Assembly (NCBI GenBank): GCA_964016885.1
Contig: OZ024742.1
Span: 199,330,001-199,394,000, forward strand
Direction of reading: 5' to 3'
Length of the DNA: 64,000 nucleotides
Source: Eledone cirrhosa
Taxonomy: Eukaryota
Below the pieces are notes generated by a model that worked only from the letters and a program-made list of their open reading frames with translations, ran no database searches and was not told where the DNA came from. Shown here piece after piece: positions 63,892 through 64,000 of the stretch. The translations under genes and the position numbers were made by a program. How positions within the stretch are numbered: the stretch's first letter is position 1; every line of letters begins with the position of its first letter.

Positions 63892-64000
63892 AGGTGAATG
63901 AAGTGTTGTGGGAGTTTTCGCTATATCTCATTCAAACGCCAACTCTCTTAAACAGCTACTGACACACACACACCACACTGTCGTCCAGTCAGTCTTACTT

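Larger units (their letters stand above)
35532..64000. repeat. Tandem array of ~1.37-1.43 kb units (tRNA-Met-like + tRNA-Cys + CR1 RT fragment); 21 tRNA pairs visible, continues beyond window
   Basis: Met-like copies start at 35696, 37122, 38504, 39885, 41302, 42679, 44076, 45489, 46902, 48275, 49668, 51084, 52479, 53856, 55249, 56665, 58060, 59476, 60871, 62287, 63703. Confidence 0.98.

Noticed and set aside
35532-64000. CRISPR-like or retron-like (RT + ncRNA) system
   Set aside because: The spacers are homologous rather than unique, the RT is a eukaryotic CR1 fragment with stops and frameshifts in every unit, and it is antisense to the tRNAs.

Overview
Eukaryotic (animal) repeat-rich genomic DNA with no recognisable host protein-coding gene. 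The SINE sequences and the dense (TA)n/(TATG)n landscape resemble octopod cephalopod genomes; this is recalled, not verified. Left part (1-35.5 kb): microsatellite fields packed with mobile elements. These include an apparently intact Penelope-like element (PLE; RT + GIY-YIG) between ~410-bp inverted pseudo-LTRs, a second frameshifted PLE with direct pseudo-LTRs, a deleted Helitron, a decayed hAT transposon, RTE/Tx1/R4-Dong LINE fragments and tRNA-derived SINEs. About a dozen hammerhead-ribozyme (HHR) motifs from several unrelated families also occur, one inside a 541-bp tandem unit that looks like a retrozyme. Right part (35.5-64 kb, running off the window): a ~1.4-kb tandem array with 21 visible copies. 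Each copy carries a mostly intact tRNA-Cys(GCA), a decayed intron-containing tRNA-Met-like gene (four copies read CAA instead of CAT) and a ~1.1-kb dead CR1-type reverse-transcriptase fragment. The array shows higher-order 4-mer/2-mer periodicity.
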